DNA of 64,000 nucleotides from Camelus dromedarius (Eukaryota), in the NCBI RefSeq assembly GCF_036321535.1, contig NC_087437.1, forward strand, positions 49,416,001 through 49,480,000, read 5' to 3'. The translations under genes were made by a program, and so were the position numbers. Below are positions 37,771 to 51,239 of this stretch, piece after piece (positions within the stretch are counted from its first letter, which is position 1; every line of letters begins with the position of its first letter). Under the pieces are notes generated by a model that did not search any database, had not been told where the DNA came from, and worked only from the letters and a program-made list of their open reading frames with translations.

Positions 37771-39531
37771 CTTTAGCTATTAAGGACAAAAAAGTTCCTT
37801 TTTTAGAATAATACATGCAACACTCAATAGCTGCTTTCTCAGTTCAATAAAACAGTAAACATTGAAATGTGAAATGAAAACAGCTGGAGCAGCTGGATAC
37901 AATTTAACTTTATATGAAAAAAATCCTCATAGATGACTCATGAGTAACTCCTGTGCAGGAGGCTAAGCACGTGTAAGGACAGAGTAGGAAAAGATTGTCA
38001 CCTTCCTCATGTCTCCATCTTCTTCCTGTGCCTTCCTTGGCCCAGAAAGGAAGACCAGAGGAGGAGTGCTTTTAACAAGTTTCTATAATTTATGGTCAGA
38101 TTAAATGATAAAATGAGTTTGCTGGATATAAGCTGTTTTGTGATATGTACTCTATTTTTAGAAAGTCTAGAAGCACTTGCTTAAAACTTGTGAGAAAATG
38201 GCTGGACAGTCCCTATTAGGATTCATTTGCATATTTGCTCCTTTCAGTTGAGTTTAGACATACAATAATAAATCTTCCCAAATTAGCACAGAATACTTTG
38301 GTGAAAGGTGACATAGGGGATGGTTTTCAAAAGGCAACAGCATTAAAGGACAGTCGAGAGAATGAAGTGAGAGTAACTTCATACTTAGGTGGCCTCCCTC
38401 ACACATGAGACATTATACTTCAGAAATAAGATGCTCCCAACCTGAGACAACCAGAGTCAGGGGAGGAGAGTAATCCCCAAATGAGAGAATAACAGAGAAC
38501 ATGAATGGCTAATTGGTGTGTATTCCACTCAAGCCCGTGTAAATCACAGGAAGGAGACACTGTGAGGCCCACTTCCTGGGGAATACCTGGAGTGCAAAGA
38601 TGGACAAACAGTATAACCACAAACAGAACATAAAGAACATCTTGAATAGCTACACTGGTCTCATCACTGATAATCTGATAAAATGAACATCTGTCTTCAC
38701 TTCCATGACTCTTTTTAACAATTAATGAACATATGCTCTTATGCAGGTATGCACATGTTTCACAAGCAATAAGCGTTTAGGAAAACAATACATACTTTGC
38801 AAATCCAAGTTCCTCTCCTGAATGAGAGAGATATTTTCTAAGTGTTTTGGGAGAACCTTTAATTATACATAGATAAGAAAACAACCTTTATTATATCATT
38901 CCATTCATTTTGGCTACCATAATAGTGGATATGATTTAAAGCAACCATGTGTCACTAACTTTATGCTATAAAGAATTCCGGTCTGCTTCACAGTTTGCTA
39001 GACCACACACTTTTAAATGTCTAGAACATACAATAGAAATAATCAGTGAGTCTTGTACCTCATGCATTGAGACAAGGTGAGGGGGTTGGGAGGAGAAACA
39101 TAAATGCTAATGTGGGATGAACTAGTGAGAGCAAACTTACTATTGAAAATTCTAATATCTCACTGAAGGAGTCCTGTATTGTCAACTTATCGCATATATA
39201 TTGGACATCAAAATTTTACATTTATTAGAACCATGTGGGCTTTTGTATATCTGAGGACTAAATCACTAAGATGCAGTCCTTGATGACACTAGCCCATAAA
39301 GTGGTGTCTCTTTTGGTTTCTGGGGAAATTAATCCTGTAAAGTGAAATGAAACTTAGATCTTATATTTAATCATACTTCAAAACACTAATCTGATAAAAA
39401 ATAAATTTTCATGAATCTCATTCATACTTTTTTCCTTACCAAATTTTGACTGTTTGACCAAATAGCTTATAAGAAACAATTATAAGCAGTTTGTTTTTAA
39501 TAAGTATAAGAAATCTAAAAGTAAACCTGAT

Positions 39532-42081
39532 GCCCAATATCCTTGATGAACACAGAGAGCAAAAACCCTCAACAAAATATTAACAAACAGAATCCAACAA
39601 TATATTAAAAGGATCATACACCACAGTCAAGTGGGATTTATTCCAGGGATGCAAGGATGGTTCAACATCCACAAATCAGTAAGTGTGATACATCACATCA
39701 ACAAAATGAAGGATAAAAATCACATGATCATCTCAGTAGATGCAGAAAAAGTTTTTGACAAAAGTCAACATCCATTTATGATAAAAACTTTCAACAAAGT
39801 GGGTACAGAGAGAATATAACTCAATATAATAAAGGTCATATATGACAAACACACAACTAACACCATATTCAATGGTAGAAAGCTGAAAGCCTTTTTTTCT
39901 GAGATCAGGAACAAAACAAATATGCCCATTCCCACAATTTTAATCAACAGAGTATTGGAAGTCCTAGCCATAGCAATTAGGCAAGAAAAAGAAATAAAAG
40001 GCATCCAAATACGAAAAGAAGGAGTAAAACTGTCATTATGTGCAGATGACATGACACAGTATACAGAGAACCCTAAAGACTACCAAAAAACTACTAGAAT
40101 TAATAAATGAATTCAGTAAGGTTTCAGGATACAAAACTAATATACAGAAAGCTGTTGCATTTCTAAACACTAGTAACAAAGTATCAGAAAGATAAATTGA
40201 GAAGAAAATCTCATTTACAATTGCATCAAAAAGAATAAAACACATAGGAATAAATTTAACAAAGGAGATGAAAGACCTGTACATTGTAAACTAAGGAGGG
40301 GAGGGTATAATGCAGTGGTAGAGTGTGTGCTTAGCATGCATGAGGTCCTGTTCAATCCCTAATACCTCCATTAAGTAAGTAAGTAAGTAAACAAACAAAC
40401 AAATAAAAACTAAGATACTGACAAAAGAAATTGAAGAAAACACAAAGAAATGGAAAGATAGTCCATGTTTGTAGACTGGAATAATTAATATTATTAAAAT
40501 GTCCATACTACCCTCAAAAATCTACAGATTCAGTAAAATCACTATAAAAATTCCAATGGCATATTTCACAGAAATAGAACAAATAATTCTAAAATTTCTG
40601 TGGAACCACAAAAGTTCCCAAATAGCAAAAACAATCTTGAGAAAAAAAAAAAATCACACTCCCTGATTTCAAACTGTACTACAAAGCTACAGTAATCAAA
40701 ATGGTTATAATACTGTCACAAAAACAAATACACAGGTCAATGGAACAAAACTGAAAGCCCAGGAATAAACCCACATATATATGGACCATTAACTTATGAC
40801 AAAGGAGCAAAAACTGTACAATGGAGAAAGAACAATCTCTTCAGTAAATGGTGCTGGGAAACTGGACAATTACATGCAAAAGAATGAAGCTAAACTGCTA
40901 TCTTACATCATATACAAAATCTAACTTAAAATGGATTAAAGACTTGAATGTAAGACCTGAAACCATAAAATTTCTAGGAAAAAAAAAAAAAACATAAGTA
41001 GTTACCTCATTGACATGGGCCTTAGTGATGTTTTTGTGGATCTGACTCCAAAAACAAGGGCAACAAAAGCAAAAATAAATAAATGAGACTACATCAAGCT
41101 AAAAAGCTTCTGTACGGCAAAGGAAACCATCATCAAAATGAAAAGGAAACCTACTGAATGGGAAAAGATATTTTCTAATGATATATCTGATAAGGGGTTA
41201 ATATCCAAAACAACAGCCAAAACAAACAAAAAAACAATTAAAAAATGAGCAGAGGATCTGAATAGACATTTTTTTCCAAAGAAGACATACAGATGGCTAA
41301 CAGGTACATGAAAAGATGCTCAACATCACTAATTATTAGAGAAGTGAAAGCCAAAACCACAATGAGATATCACCTTGCATACATTAGAATAGCTATTATT
41401 AAAAAGACAAGAAATAACAAATGTTAAAGACGATATGGAGAAAAGGGAACCTTCATACACTGTTGGTGAAACTGTAAGTTGGTGCAGGCATTATGGAAAA
41501 CAGTATGGAGAGTCTTCAAAAAATTAAGACTAGAACCACTATAAGACCCAGCTATTTCACTTCAATTTATCCAAAGAATACAAAAACAGAAATTCAAAAA
41601 GATACAGGCATCTCTATGTTCACTGCAGTATTATTTAGCCATATGGAAACTACCTAAGTGTCTACTGATGGATGACTGAATAAAGATGTGGTACATATAC
41701 AGACAATGGAATACTACTCAGCCATAAAAATGAGTGAAATCCTTTTATTTGCAACATGGATGGACCTTGAAGGTATTATGCTAAATCAAATAAGTCACAT
41801 GAGGAAAGACAAATACTGTATGATTTCACTCATCTGTGGAATCTAGAAAAACAAAACAAATTAACAAACAAAATAAAACAAAAACTAACTCACAGAGATA
41901 GAGATCCGATTAGTGATCACCAGAGGGGAAGAAGGTAAGGGGGGTGAGCAAAATGGGTGAAGGAAGTCAACCATATGGCGATGGATGGTAACTAGACCTG
42001 TGGTGGCACTTTGTAGTATATACAGATGTTGAATTATAATGCTATATACCTCAAATTTATATAACTGAATTTTTTTTAAAT
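39532..42081 (+). mobile_element. Truncated, decayed L1 of about 2.5 kb (RT region of ORF2 to 3'UTR)
   Basis: ORF pieces [15 protein letters not shown]...DAEKVFDK and [19 protein letters not shown]...LSLCADDM are L1 reverse-transcriptase motifs (FADD changed to CADD) broken by stops and frameshifts; candidate 14-bp TSD aaagta(aa/gg)cctgat at 39518-39531 and 42082-42095. Confidence 0.97.
40296..40406 (+). mobile_element. Camelid tRNA-derived SINE (Vic-1-like) nested in L1
   Basis: gggagggtataatgcagtggtagagtgtgtgcttagcatgcatgaggtcctgttcaatccc; (taag)n(aaac)n tail; TSD aaactaag at 40288-40295 and 40407-40414. Confidence 0.9.
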
Positions 42082-43755
42082 AAAGTAGGCCTGATTCAAT
42101 ACAGTGCAAAATGTCAATAAGATCTTTGAAAATTAGTTTTTATAAACAGGAAAGATGATACAGATTATCTTTGGAATCACTTTCCAATTCTATTGTGATT
42201 TTAAGGAGCTGATAATCATTTTAGGTCCATAAATATGTCACTAGAAGTGAAATTCTTTGCATAAATAAAAAGTTCACCAAAGTTTTAGAATTACTAATGG
42301 ATTTAGGACAATCTTAACACATAAACTCTGTAGTCTTCTAGTTATCATGTAAATTCCAGTGATAATAACTGACAGCCAATACAAAATCTTTCAAATGAAT
42401 AATTTTGAGTATTACCATCCATATTGTAGTTAGTAAAGCAATTGATAGTAAAAAAGATTATGTTGTCTGGGTTAAAAGAGGCCTTCAAAAAACTGAATTT
42501 ATTAGCTATTCCTAAAATTCATCTTCTTGGTAATCTACACAGTACTCCACTGCTGCTTTCCCAGCAGCCACCTTCTCTTTCTTCTTCCATGGTCTTCATT
42601 CACCTTATATTTATGGAGCACCGAGTAGGTGCTAAGAGGGGAGCAGCAAATAAAACAAAGATTTTGTACTCCAGGTATAATTACCTTTGAGCCCTCATTA
42701 ATCACCAGCTGCTAAAACCATTCCTAATTTATCAACGTTGTAAGAGTGATAATTCTCCTCTCTTTAATCCAGATTTAGCTAATCTCAATTCTTTAAGCCA
42801 AACCCATAAAATAATTTCAGAGTCACAGCAAATGTGACCTTTCAGTCTGTTAGTTTCTTCCTTTGCCTGTCCATCCCAGGCCAAGTCACTGTCCACACTT
42901 TCTAAAAGCCCTTTCTAATTCATCTCATGTTATATGTTGACCATATGAATAAATTTATTTGTAAATTTTTGCATATATAGTAGACTATAATTAATTGTTA
43001 CTTTAAAGCAAGTATCTCAATGTCCTGTTAAAAGGTTAATTATTTAGTAAATTAAATGTTTTTGACACTAAATTTTTACTTTATGTGGATGTTTTAATAT
43101 TGTATAAAATTCGGTTCCTACATTTCTGTATCTCACAACCAATAAATCTTTCAAAAACTAGACATCTACAAAAAATTGCCACCAAAAAGATGACAAAAAT
43201 AATTACCTATCACTACTGTTATATAATAAAAGAATGACCATTTTAACATTTAAAAGTAGGAAATGACATAATCTCAATAAAAAGGATAGTCCTAATTTAA
43301 ACTGGATTGATTTAATTGTCCTTATATTCCTATTTCACCACAGATGGATGAAAATGTAATCATTAATCATTACCTAGGAACCACTGGTACAGAAAAAGCC
43401 AAGTCTAGACATACCAATTATTTTAGGAATTGCATTTGAAAAATAATTGTGAAAACCTGGCTGCCTTTATTTTAAATTTTAGATTAAGTAAATTATTATT
43501 AGGCTTTGCTGACCAGAATAACTATAAATTCTTAAGACTAAAAAAAAAATCTACCTCTGCTTCTAGGTGAGGTTTTAATAAAGCCATTTTAGAAATGAGA
43601 AAATCTATACTATTCTTAAAAAGCAACTCCTGAGAGAGTACTTCTCAGGATAAACCATCTTGGAGTTTTCCAACTGTGATGGACAACTTTGAAGATCTGT
43701 TGTAGTTGTACATTAGACCACAAGTTGGGTCTGCAGGGGAGTGAAATATCGTTAC

Positions 43756-43858
43756 CTATTCAATAGTTTGATCTGCATGTACTCTCAAAAATCAATTCCA
43801 GATGTAGAAATCACAAGTTTCCACAAACATTCTCAGGCAGGCAGACAATATAACTTTT
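43756..43858 (-). other. Candidate internal exon (103 nt) of the minus-strand transcript from the CpG island
   Basis: Acceptor ttttttttattattaacag|AAAAG and donor GAATAG|gtaacg in unique sequence. Confidence 0.45.
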
Positions 43859-45459
43859 CTGTTAATAATAAAAAAAATCTTTGACAGACTACTCCATAAC
43901 TGTATTCCAGCTCCTCCCATGTGAAAATGGGAGGCTGTCACTGAAAGGGAATTGTCATTCCAACCATATGTGTAAAACACAGCAGTGATGCCTCAAGTTT
44001 GAAATGATGCCATTCCTAGAAATCCTGTGTAACACAGGAAAAGATTTAAGAAATGGATTCAGCCCCCATTTGAATTATTTGATTTTTCTTTTAAGCAAAT
44101 GTTTACCTCCTACTTTTCTAAAAATCAAATTTAATTTGAAACAAAAATGATGTAGTTTGACCTCATTATGTAAAATAAATTTAAGAGAATGTTGACTTTA
44201 ATTTTGTTAGTTATTAAAGTTCAGAGACTATAAGATAATTTTTACTTGGAAAAACAGGGAATAATTTAATGGAGGTGCTATATAAAAATGAATGCCTACA
44301 TTACGTCATTTATAAATATACACTTTTCATCAGTGAAAGCTTTTTAAAAAGTGCTAAATGGATTATTTTGTATCAATATATGTACATGCCCATAAAGACA
44401 TGCAGAACTGTAAAAAGTTTCATCAAACTGAATTGCATCTTTGTTCTGTTTTCCAATTATATGTCAGAAACTTTACACCATGTAAATGTATTGAACCTCT
44501 GTTGCTCACAGTAAAACAAAACAAAAAAAATAGTAGAAGAACACTTATGGAATTACAGTGTATGTACAAGGAGTTTATAATAATAATTTGTATTATGTAT
44601 GGCAATTTAGGAGAGTTTAATTGAGAAAACAGTTAAGAGGCTTCTTATTCTGTTATTATTCAAATACATTAAATATATATTGTATTACATTCCAGTAAAT
44701 ACATATTTTCATTTAGTGGACTTTAAGTTCTTATGGGATATTTTCTATCTGACCAAGCAATTGACAAGAATGAGAAAAGTATGCAAATTCAGGAATCAAT
44801 GGATCAATTATTAAAATCTCAAACTCTGAGACTTGTCCCAGAGCTCTGTAATCCAGATTCTCTCTACATGTACACAAAGGCTTAAATAAAATTTTCAACT
44901 TTAATCAGTTTATTTGATGTAATATAGACCCCGTTTTATTGTTTGTAAAAGAAAATGGGCATAATTTGAAACCACCAGATCTCATATAGACAACTGTCCA
45001 TTCACGTGGAGTAGTTCTTTCAAACATATTTTTATTTAGGTCTGGGTAGTGAAGTAGGAGTTGAAGCTCATGTTTATGTGAAAAAGAAAAGGAGGAAGAG
45101 GAAGGAAGAATAGGAAAGAAGATAATGTCACAAGCAGGAAAGACAGTGGAACTAAAAGTGAATTTTATCTTGTGTGTACCACGATCATAAAACTACCTAA
45201 TAGCAATGCAATGTCACTGTCCATTTGTTTCACTCATTCAACCAATATGTATTAAGTGACTACTGAAAATAAGACACCATTAGGTCATAATTCCAATTTC
45301 ACTTCAGCAGAAAACAGATGGATTATTTTTCTTCCCATTTTCTATCTTAGTAACCATAAAGGACAAATTTAATACTTACCACATAGTATAAAGAATTTTT
45401 TAAATCCTTTAAATGTGGGTAATATGTTTAAATTTTTTCAAAATAAAATATAAGGAGAT

Positions 45460-46190
45460 AGACCTACAGTGAAAGGTCTCCCTCCTATTCTTGCCCCCAA
45501 TATGCCCATTACCATTAATTCCTTCAACACATATGCACTGTTATTAGTTCTTACTGATGGACAGTCAGTTGTTTCTAAACTTTTGCAAATACAACCAAGA
45601 CCAAAAAAAAAAAAAAAAAAAGCCAACTTTCTTTAAATGTCATTTCACATATGTGCATATGCAAGTCCATGTATAGGAAAAGTTCCCAGAAGTGAAATTG
45701 CCAGGGCAAAGGCTAATTTGTAATTTTGACAGATACTTCTAAATTGCTCTCTGTAGGGGTTATGCCAATTTATACTCTTACAAGGGGTGTACAAAAATAT
45801 CTTTTTACATATAGTCTTGTCAATATACTGTCAAATTGAAAGATTTTCATCGATTTGATAAGTGGGAAGTAGTACTTCATGTAGCTATAATTTGCATTTA
45901 TGACAAGTGAGGTTGAACATCTTTTTATAAATTAAGGAGCCATTCACAACTCCTTTTCTGTGATACATACCTGTTTATATGTTTAATCCATTCTCTCACA
46001 TCTAGGAGTTCTTTATACATAAAGGTGGTTAGTCTTTTGTTTGGTATCAATTGCTAATATTTGTCTCTTGACTTTATGGTAGTTTCTTGTCATGCAGAAA
46101 TGCTTTTTAAAAATTTTTTTCAGTATTTTTTCTTACATAATTTCTGAAGTCATCGTTAGAAATGCTTTTCCCACTGTAACATTTGAAGGT
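45460..46190 (-). mobile_element. Ancient L1 3' fragment
   Basis: cccagaagtgaaattgccagggcaaa...taattttgacagatac...gaggttgaacatcttttt is the reverse complement of an L1M ORF2 end. Confidence 0.8.
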
Positions 46191-46519
46191 TAAAAATAAG
46201 TTCCGACATGGAGATTGCTAAAACTGCAATACAGTCGGACCAGAGAACGTCATCCAAATCAGTCTCTCCCTCTCTGCACTTTCTTTCTTATTCCTCCTTC
46301 CCCTCTTTCTTAGGTAACTTCTTGGTCCTCCTCCTATGTGCTACTTTCAATCCCTGGGAGAAGTTGAACTCTCCTAATTCACGAACCCTTCTTCAAATTT
46401 AGGAAGTGGAAAGAAATGGAAGCTGAGGAAGAGTGGGTGAAATCGAGAGACAGTTCACAAGACAGCTGCCACCCTAGCACACATCAAGACACTGGCACAA
46501 AACGGCTCTATCTCTGTCA

Positions 46520-47643
46520 TTCACCACCATACAGGGAGGAAAGCCAGTCATTTAAGAATGTCCTTGATGAGTCAGTAGAAATTATTAATTTTATTTAATC
46601 TCAACCCTTGAGAATAAGCCTTTTTAATATTCTGTGTTATAAAATGGGAAGTATGTATAAACACTTCTGCTGCACACCACACAAAGGATCACAGATAATC
46701 TCGTCAAACTTTGAGTTGCAGCTGAGTTGCAACCTGAACTACTAGCCCCTTTTTTCATGGAACACCATTGTTATTTGAAAGAAAAATCTGCAAACAAACT
46801 ATACTTTATTCAGACTTGAGTATCTGGTATTTTCTCAAAAGTAAAGCAAGTCTATAACCTCGAGGGGAAAAAAATGACAGTACTGTTACCAAAAACTCTC
46901 AATGAAAATTAGAACTTTAGAAAAATTGTATCCACTACTGTAAGCTTCATAGCTTCCCAATATTATAGCACTTTTCTGATGAGATCAGTGTTATAATTAA
47001 CAAATGTGATTTTTTAATATTGTATATGATATATATAACTTAGTGAACCAATATTTTCCAAATGACCAATGCATGACATTACAAAGTTATGCATGGATAA
47101 AAGATTCATCAAAGTACAAGACATGCCAATAAATTTTAATATCAAAAAGTTCATTGATAATAGTTTCAGATTTCAAACTGAAAATCACCTTCAAGAACTA
47201 CCACTTGTCGAGCTTTGGTGCAATATCAAAGACAAATATCCACAATTATCTGAAAAGGCTGTTAAAATATCGCTCACTTTTCCAACTATATGTCTGTGAA
47301 GCTGGATTTTCCAGATATACTTCAATCAAAACAACATTTCACAAGAGATGAATGCAGAACAAATATGAGAATCCAGCTGTCTTCTATTAAGTCAGACATT
47401 AAAGAGATTCGTACACATGTAAAATGATGCCACTCTTCACACTAAATGTTTGTTTTGCAAAATATAATTATTTTTCATTTTAAATGTTATTATGTTAACA
47501 CTTTACGGATTTATGACGGTTATTCTTAAATTATTAAATATTTACATTTATTCCTTACATGGTAAATAACAAAAGCTCTTCCGGATCCTCAATAATTTTG
47601 AGAGTATAAAGGGATCCTGAGACCAAAATGTGTGAAAGCTGCA
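46520..47643 (+). mobile_element. Charlie1-type hAT DNA transposon remnant (3' part of transposase and right TIR)
   Basis: Decayed hAT dimerisation-domain peptide LVELWCNIKDKYPQLSEKAVKISLTFPT...CEAGFS split across frames; terminus gggatcctgagaccaaaatgtgtgaaagctgc. Confidence 0.9.
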
Positions 47644-48049
47644 GAAATAGACCTTGTCTCTCAGATCACTGAAACCAGATCAGTCAAGGAGGCCATGAGA
47701 ATACCCTGGATACTTGCTAGGCACATAACTAACTTTACTTCTGCCTGGAATACCATAAGTCTGTCTTAGGAAAAAACAGGAGTGGAGAAAATACCTCAGA
47801 AATGTTAGTATAATGTTTTGTTGGTTTTTTTATTTTAAATGATATATGACAAAGATAGCCATTGTAGCAAAAGATTGAAAACCACCTAAATGTCTCATTT
47901 GTTATTGTTAGATTTTGAACTTCAGATGCACAGACAGCAAGCTGATCTAACTGTGGTCTTAATTTCTCAGCATGTTGTGTGATCCTTGCAAGATCCCTCT
48001 CCTCTACTTTATTTCACTCTTTCTTCCATTTCACTTTCATTTCCCTCCT

Positions 48050-49256
48050 CTGAGTACTTATCTATTTTAAAGAGAGTACTATGTATCTTTAAATGTATGT
48101 AGCATTATAAAACAGGTGTTGTTTGGTAAAGAACTATGTGTATTCTACTTATATAAATAGCATTTGTCCTGTTTCCTATTTTTCCTTTCATGATTATGTT
48201 TGAAATTTTTTTTCCATGATCAGTTAGTTCATTGCTTCTTACTGCTGCATATCATTTCATAGTATGCATCTACTGTATTTACTTATTGATTAAAATTACT
48301 CATTGGACACCTCAGATCCATCTAACTCTTTACTTCCATGAGTGAAACTATAACATCCATGAACATGTCCCCACTCAAATTCTTGCTAGTTATCTGGAAA
48401 AACAGATTCATCAGTGGGATTGTCACACATATGATGACTTTCCAGAGTTATTGTGCAACTTATATCACCATCAGCAGTGCAAAAATCTCCACTATACCAT
48501 ATCGTCTCCAATACTTGGTATTATCTGCCTTTCTAATTGCTGACATTCAAATACTTATAAAATGATATTTTATTGTTGCTTTAATTTGCATTTCACCTCT
48601 TTACAATGAACTTTAGCAACTCTTCATATATTTGCTATTTACTCAAACATCATCTCTGAATTACCTGTTTATCCTCTTATGAATTTTTTTGAACTCTTTT
48701 CTTAGGTTTCCCATATTTTTCTTGTTGATTAAAGGGGTTCATGCATTGAGATTTTGTTTAGCAAGCTATTATCCCTTGCTGGTTTTAAATGTGGCAAATA
48801 TCCTTTCCCAATCTAACATCTGTTTGTTAACTTCATCTATGGAACATGACATTGAACAAAATCCTTAATTTTGGTGTAACTAAATCCAACCTTTAAGTTG
48901 ATGCTTTTGAGATTCTGTTTAAAAAGCCTTTTCCTACCCCTTGGTCACAAAGACGTTATTTCACATTTTCTTCTATTATCTTCTATCACCTTTATCAATT
49001 TATCTTTCACATTTAGATACTTGATCTATCTGGAGACAAACTTCATGTAAGTTAGAGGTCTGTATTTTTCTCCATATAATGAAATAGTTATCCTAACATC
49101 ATCTACTAAACAATTTGTCCTTTTTCAATTGCTTTGTGATACAAATATTTATCATATGTCCTTATATATAACTAGGTCTATTTCTGAGCTCTCAATTTTG
49201 TTTCATTTTGGTTTATTTATAGATTGCAGGAACAAAAGCATTATCATCAACATCAA

Positions 49257-49306
<50 letters not shown>

Positions 49307-50480
49307 CCATTTGCAGTATGTCTTAATAGCTGATGAGTGAGAGTAACTAACACCTATTTGGCTCATTTTTCCTATGTACATTTTTAGAAATTTGGCCATT
49401 CATATAAATTTTATAATTTGTTGTGTTCCTCCAAAATGCAGTTAGACTTTTGATTGAAATTTCATTTACTCTGCATGTGTATGTGAAGAGAATTAATAAC
49501 TTTACTAGGTTAAATCATAGCAACCAAGCAAACAGTTATCTCTCACCATTTATTCATATCTTATTTATGTCTTTTCTACTTTTCTACTGAAGGAAACAAA
49601 AAATGAGGATTTATGTGTCTTAAAATAATATCTTATTTTTATTATAAGAGTAACTTGTTTAAAAGGAACGCTTTTTTAGTTGATTTGTATACCTCTACTA
49701 ATCTTGTTAAACTTTTGTTAGCACTCATAATATGGTGATTCAATTGGATTTTCTATATAATCATATTATCTATAGATAATGATTTTTATCTCTTCCAACC
49801 CTAACATGCCTTACACCTTTATTCTGCCTTAAAAGGTAGGCAGAACCTCCAATATTATGTTTAAATGGTAGTGAAAACTGTAAACATTTTTTTCTTGTTC
49901 TTTGTTTCAGTGGAAATGCTTCTAATTTATCCCAGTAAGTTTTTTTCCCATAAATTGCCTAGAAAAATCATTGATACTCCTACTAATCTGTACATTTTTC
50001 ACAAATAAGTATTAATATTTTATTCTGCAACTTTTATCATAAGATGCTTTTTCTGTGTCTCAGGAAATCATCATATGCTATTTCTTCTTAGATCTAATAT
50101 TAAAATGAAGTACACTGATACATTTTTCTGATGTTGTAACATCCTTTCAGTCTTGGGTAAAAACTACTTGATCAATATGTACTTTCTAAAATAAACTGTT
50201 GGATTTGGTTAGCTAATATTCAGAGTTATTGTACCCACATCCACAGAATGAAATAAGTTATGCTTTTCTTGTCTTACATCTTCCTTATCCTATATCAAGA
50301 CTATACAAGCCTCATAAAATGAGCTGGGCAATGGGGCAGCTTCTCTTTTCTTCTTTTTTTTTTCCATTTTCTGGAGCAATTTATATAACATAAATATCAT
50401 TTATCCCTTGAAAGTTTTGTAAAATCCCACTGGGGCCTTTTTTGGTGGAGAGTTTATAGATGCTTTTTCTTTAATCATTA
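48050..50480 (-). mobile_element. Ancient L1 ORF2 remnant
   Basis: T-rich antisense L1: ttattgttgctttaatttgcattt; gcaaatatcctttccca; acctccaatattatg; gcctcataaaatgagctggg. Confidence 0.8.
49243..49310. repeat. (ATC)n trinucleotide microsatellite, about 16 pure units
   Basis: Read directly from the sequence. Confidence 0.97.
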
Positions 50481-50594
50481 TTTATACAATAATGTACTTT
50501 ATAATTTTGTATTATATGAATGCATAAGTATGCAGAAAGTTACACATTCCCTTAAAAAAAGAGAATACACAATTATGTTTTTAAATTCATACAA

Positions 50595-51062
50595 TGCAGT
50601 TTGCACCAAATATCTTCTATTTGCCCATCCAGACCCTTTCCCACCCTGCTCTGCCTCAGGAGGCTGCCCTGTATAGACTGCTGCCTAGATATATAGCTCC
50701 CGACTGGATTAGGCCTGTCTGCAAAAAGAAACCCAAAGGAGGGACGAGTGGATATTTATTCCCCCAGTCTCCTTCCCAGAGGTCCCTTCAGGCTTGCTGC
50801 CTCCTTGACCAAAGTCACAGCTCCTCCCAAGGCAGTCATCCCTCCACCACTCCTGAGTTTCAAAAATTGCTCCTTCTCTTCATCCTTTAGGGCCTTGGGG
50901 TGTTAACAACCCCTGCTGTTGCTAGCCTTGGGATACTACATTAATCTTTGTGGTTTCCCAACACCTCATCCACATGTTTGTAAACAGTCTCTTTATTAAC
51001 TGTTTTTGATTATCCTAATTTGAAAGTGCCATCTGTTTCCTCCTGAGATCCTCACTGATATA
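50595..51062 (+). mobile_element. LTR33-like ERVL solo LTR
   Basis: ccaccctgctctgcc..ggaggctg; gtatttattccc-like motif; tttgtaaacagtctctttattaa; ends gtgccatctgtttcctcctgagatcctcactgata. Confidence 0.8.
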
Positions 51063-51239
51063 TCTTTATACACTTACATAGAGAAAATCTACCATATCCA
51101 ACTCCTCCAGATTAACAATTACTAACAGTTTGGTGTGGATCCTTCCAAACACAGAACATATTTATGGAATATGTAATACCAAAAACATGCAGGTAAAATA
51201 TAGGCAATGTTTTTAAAATGTGAATTTGTTTTAAAAACT

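Noticed and set aside
39631..40506. Reverse-transcriptase-like ORFs as a functional gene
   Set aside because: They are fragments of a truncated L1 ORF2 with stops, frameshifts and a SINE insertion
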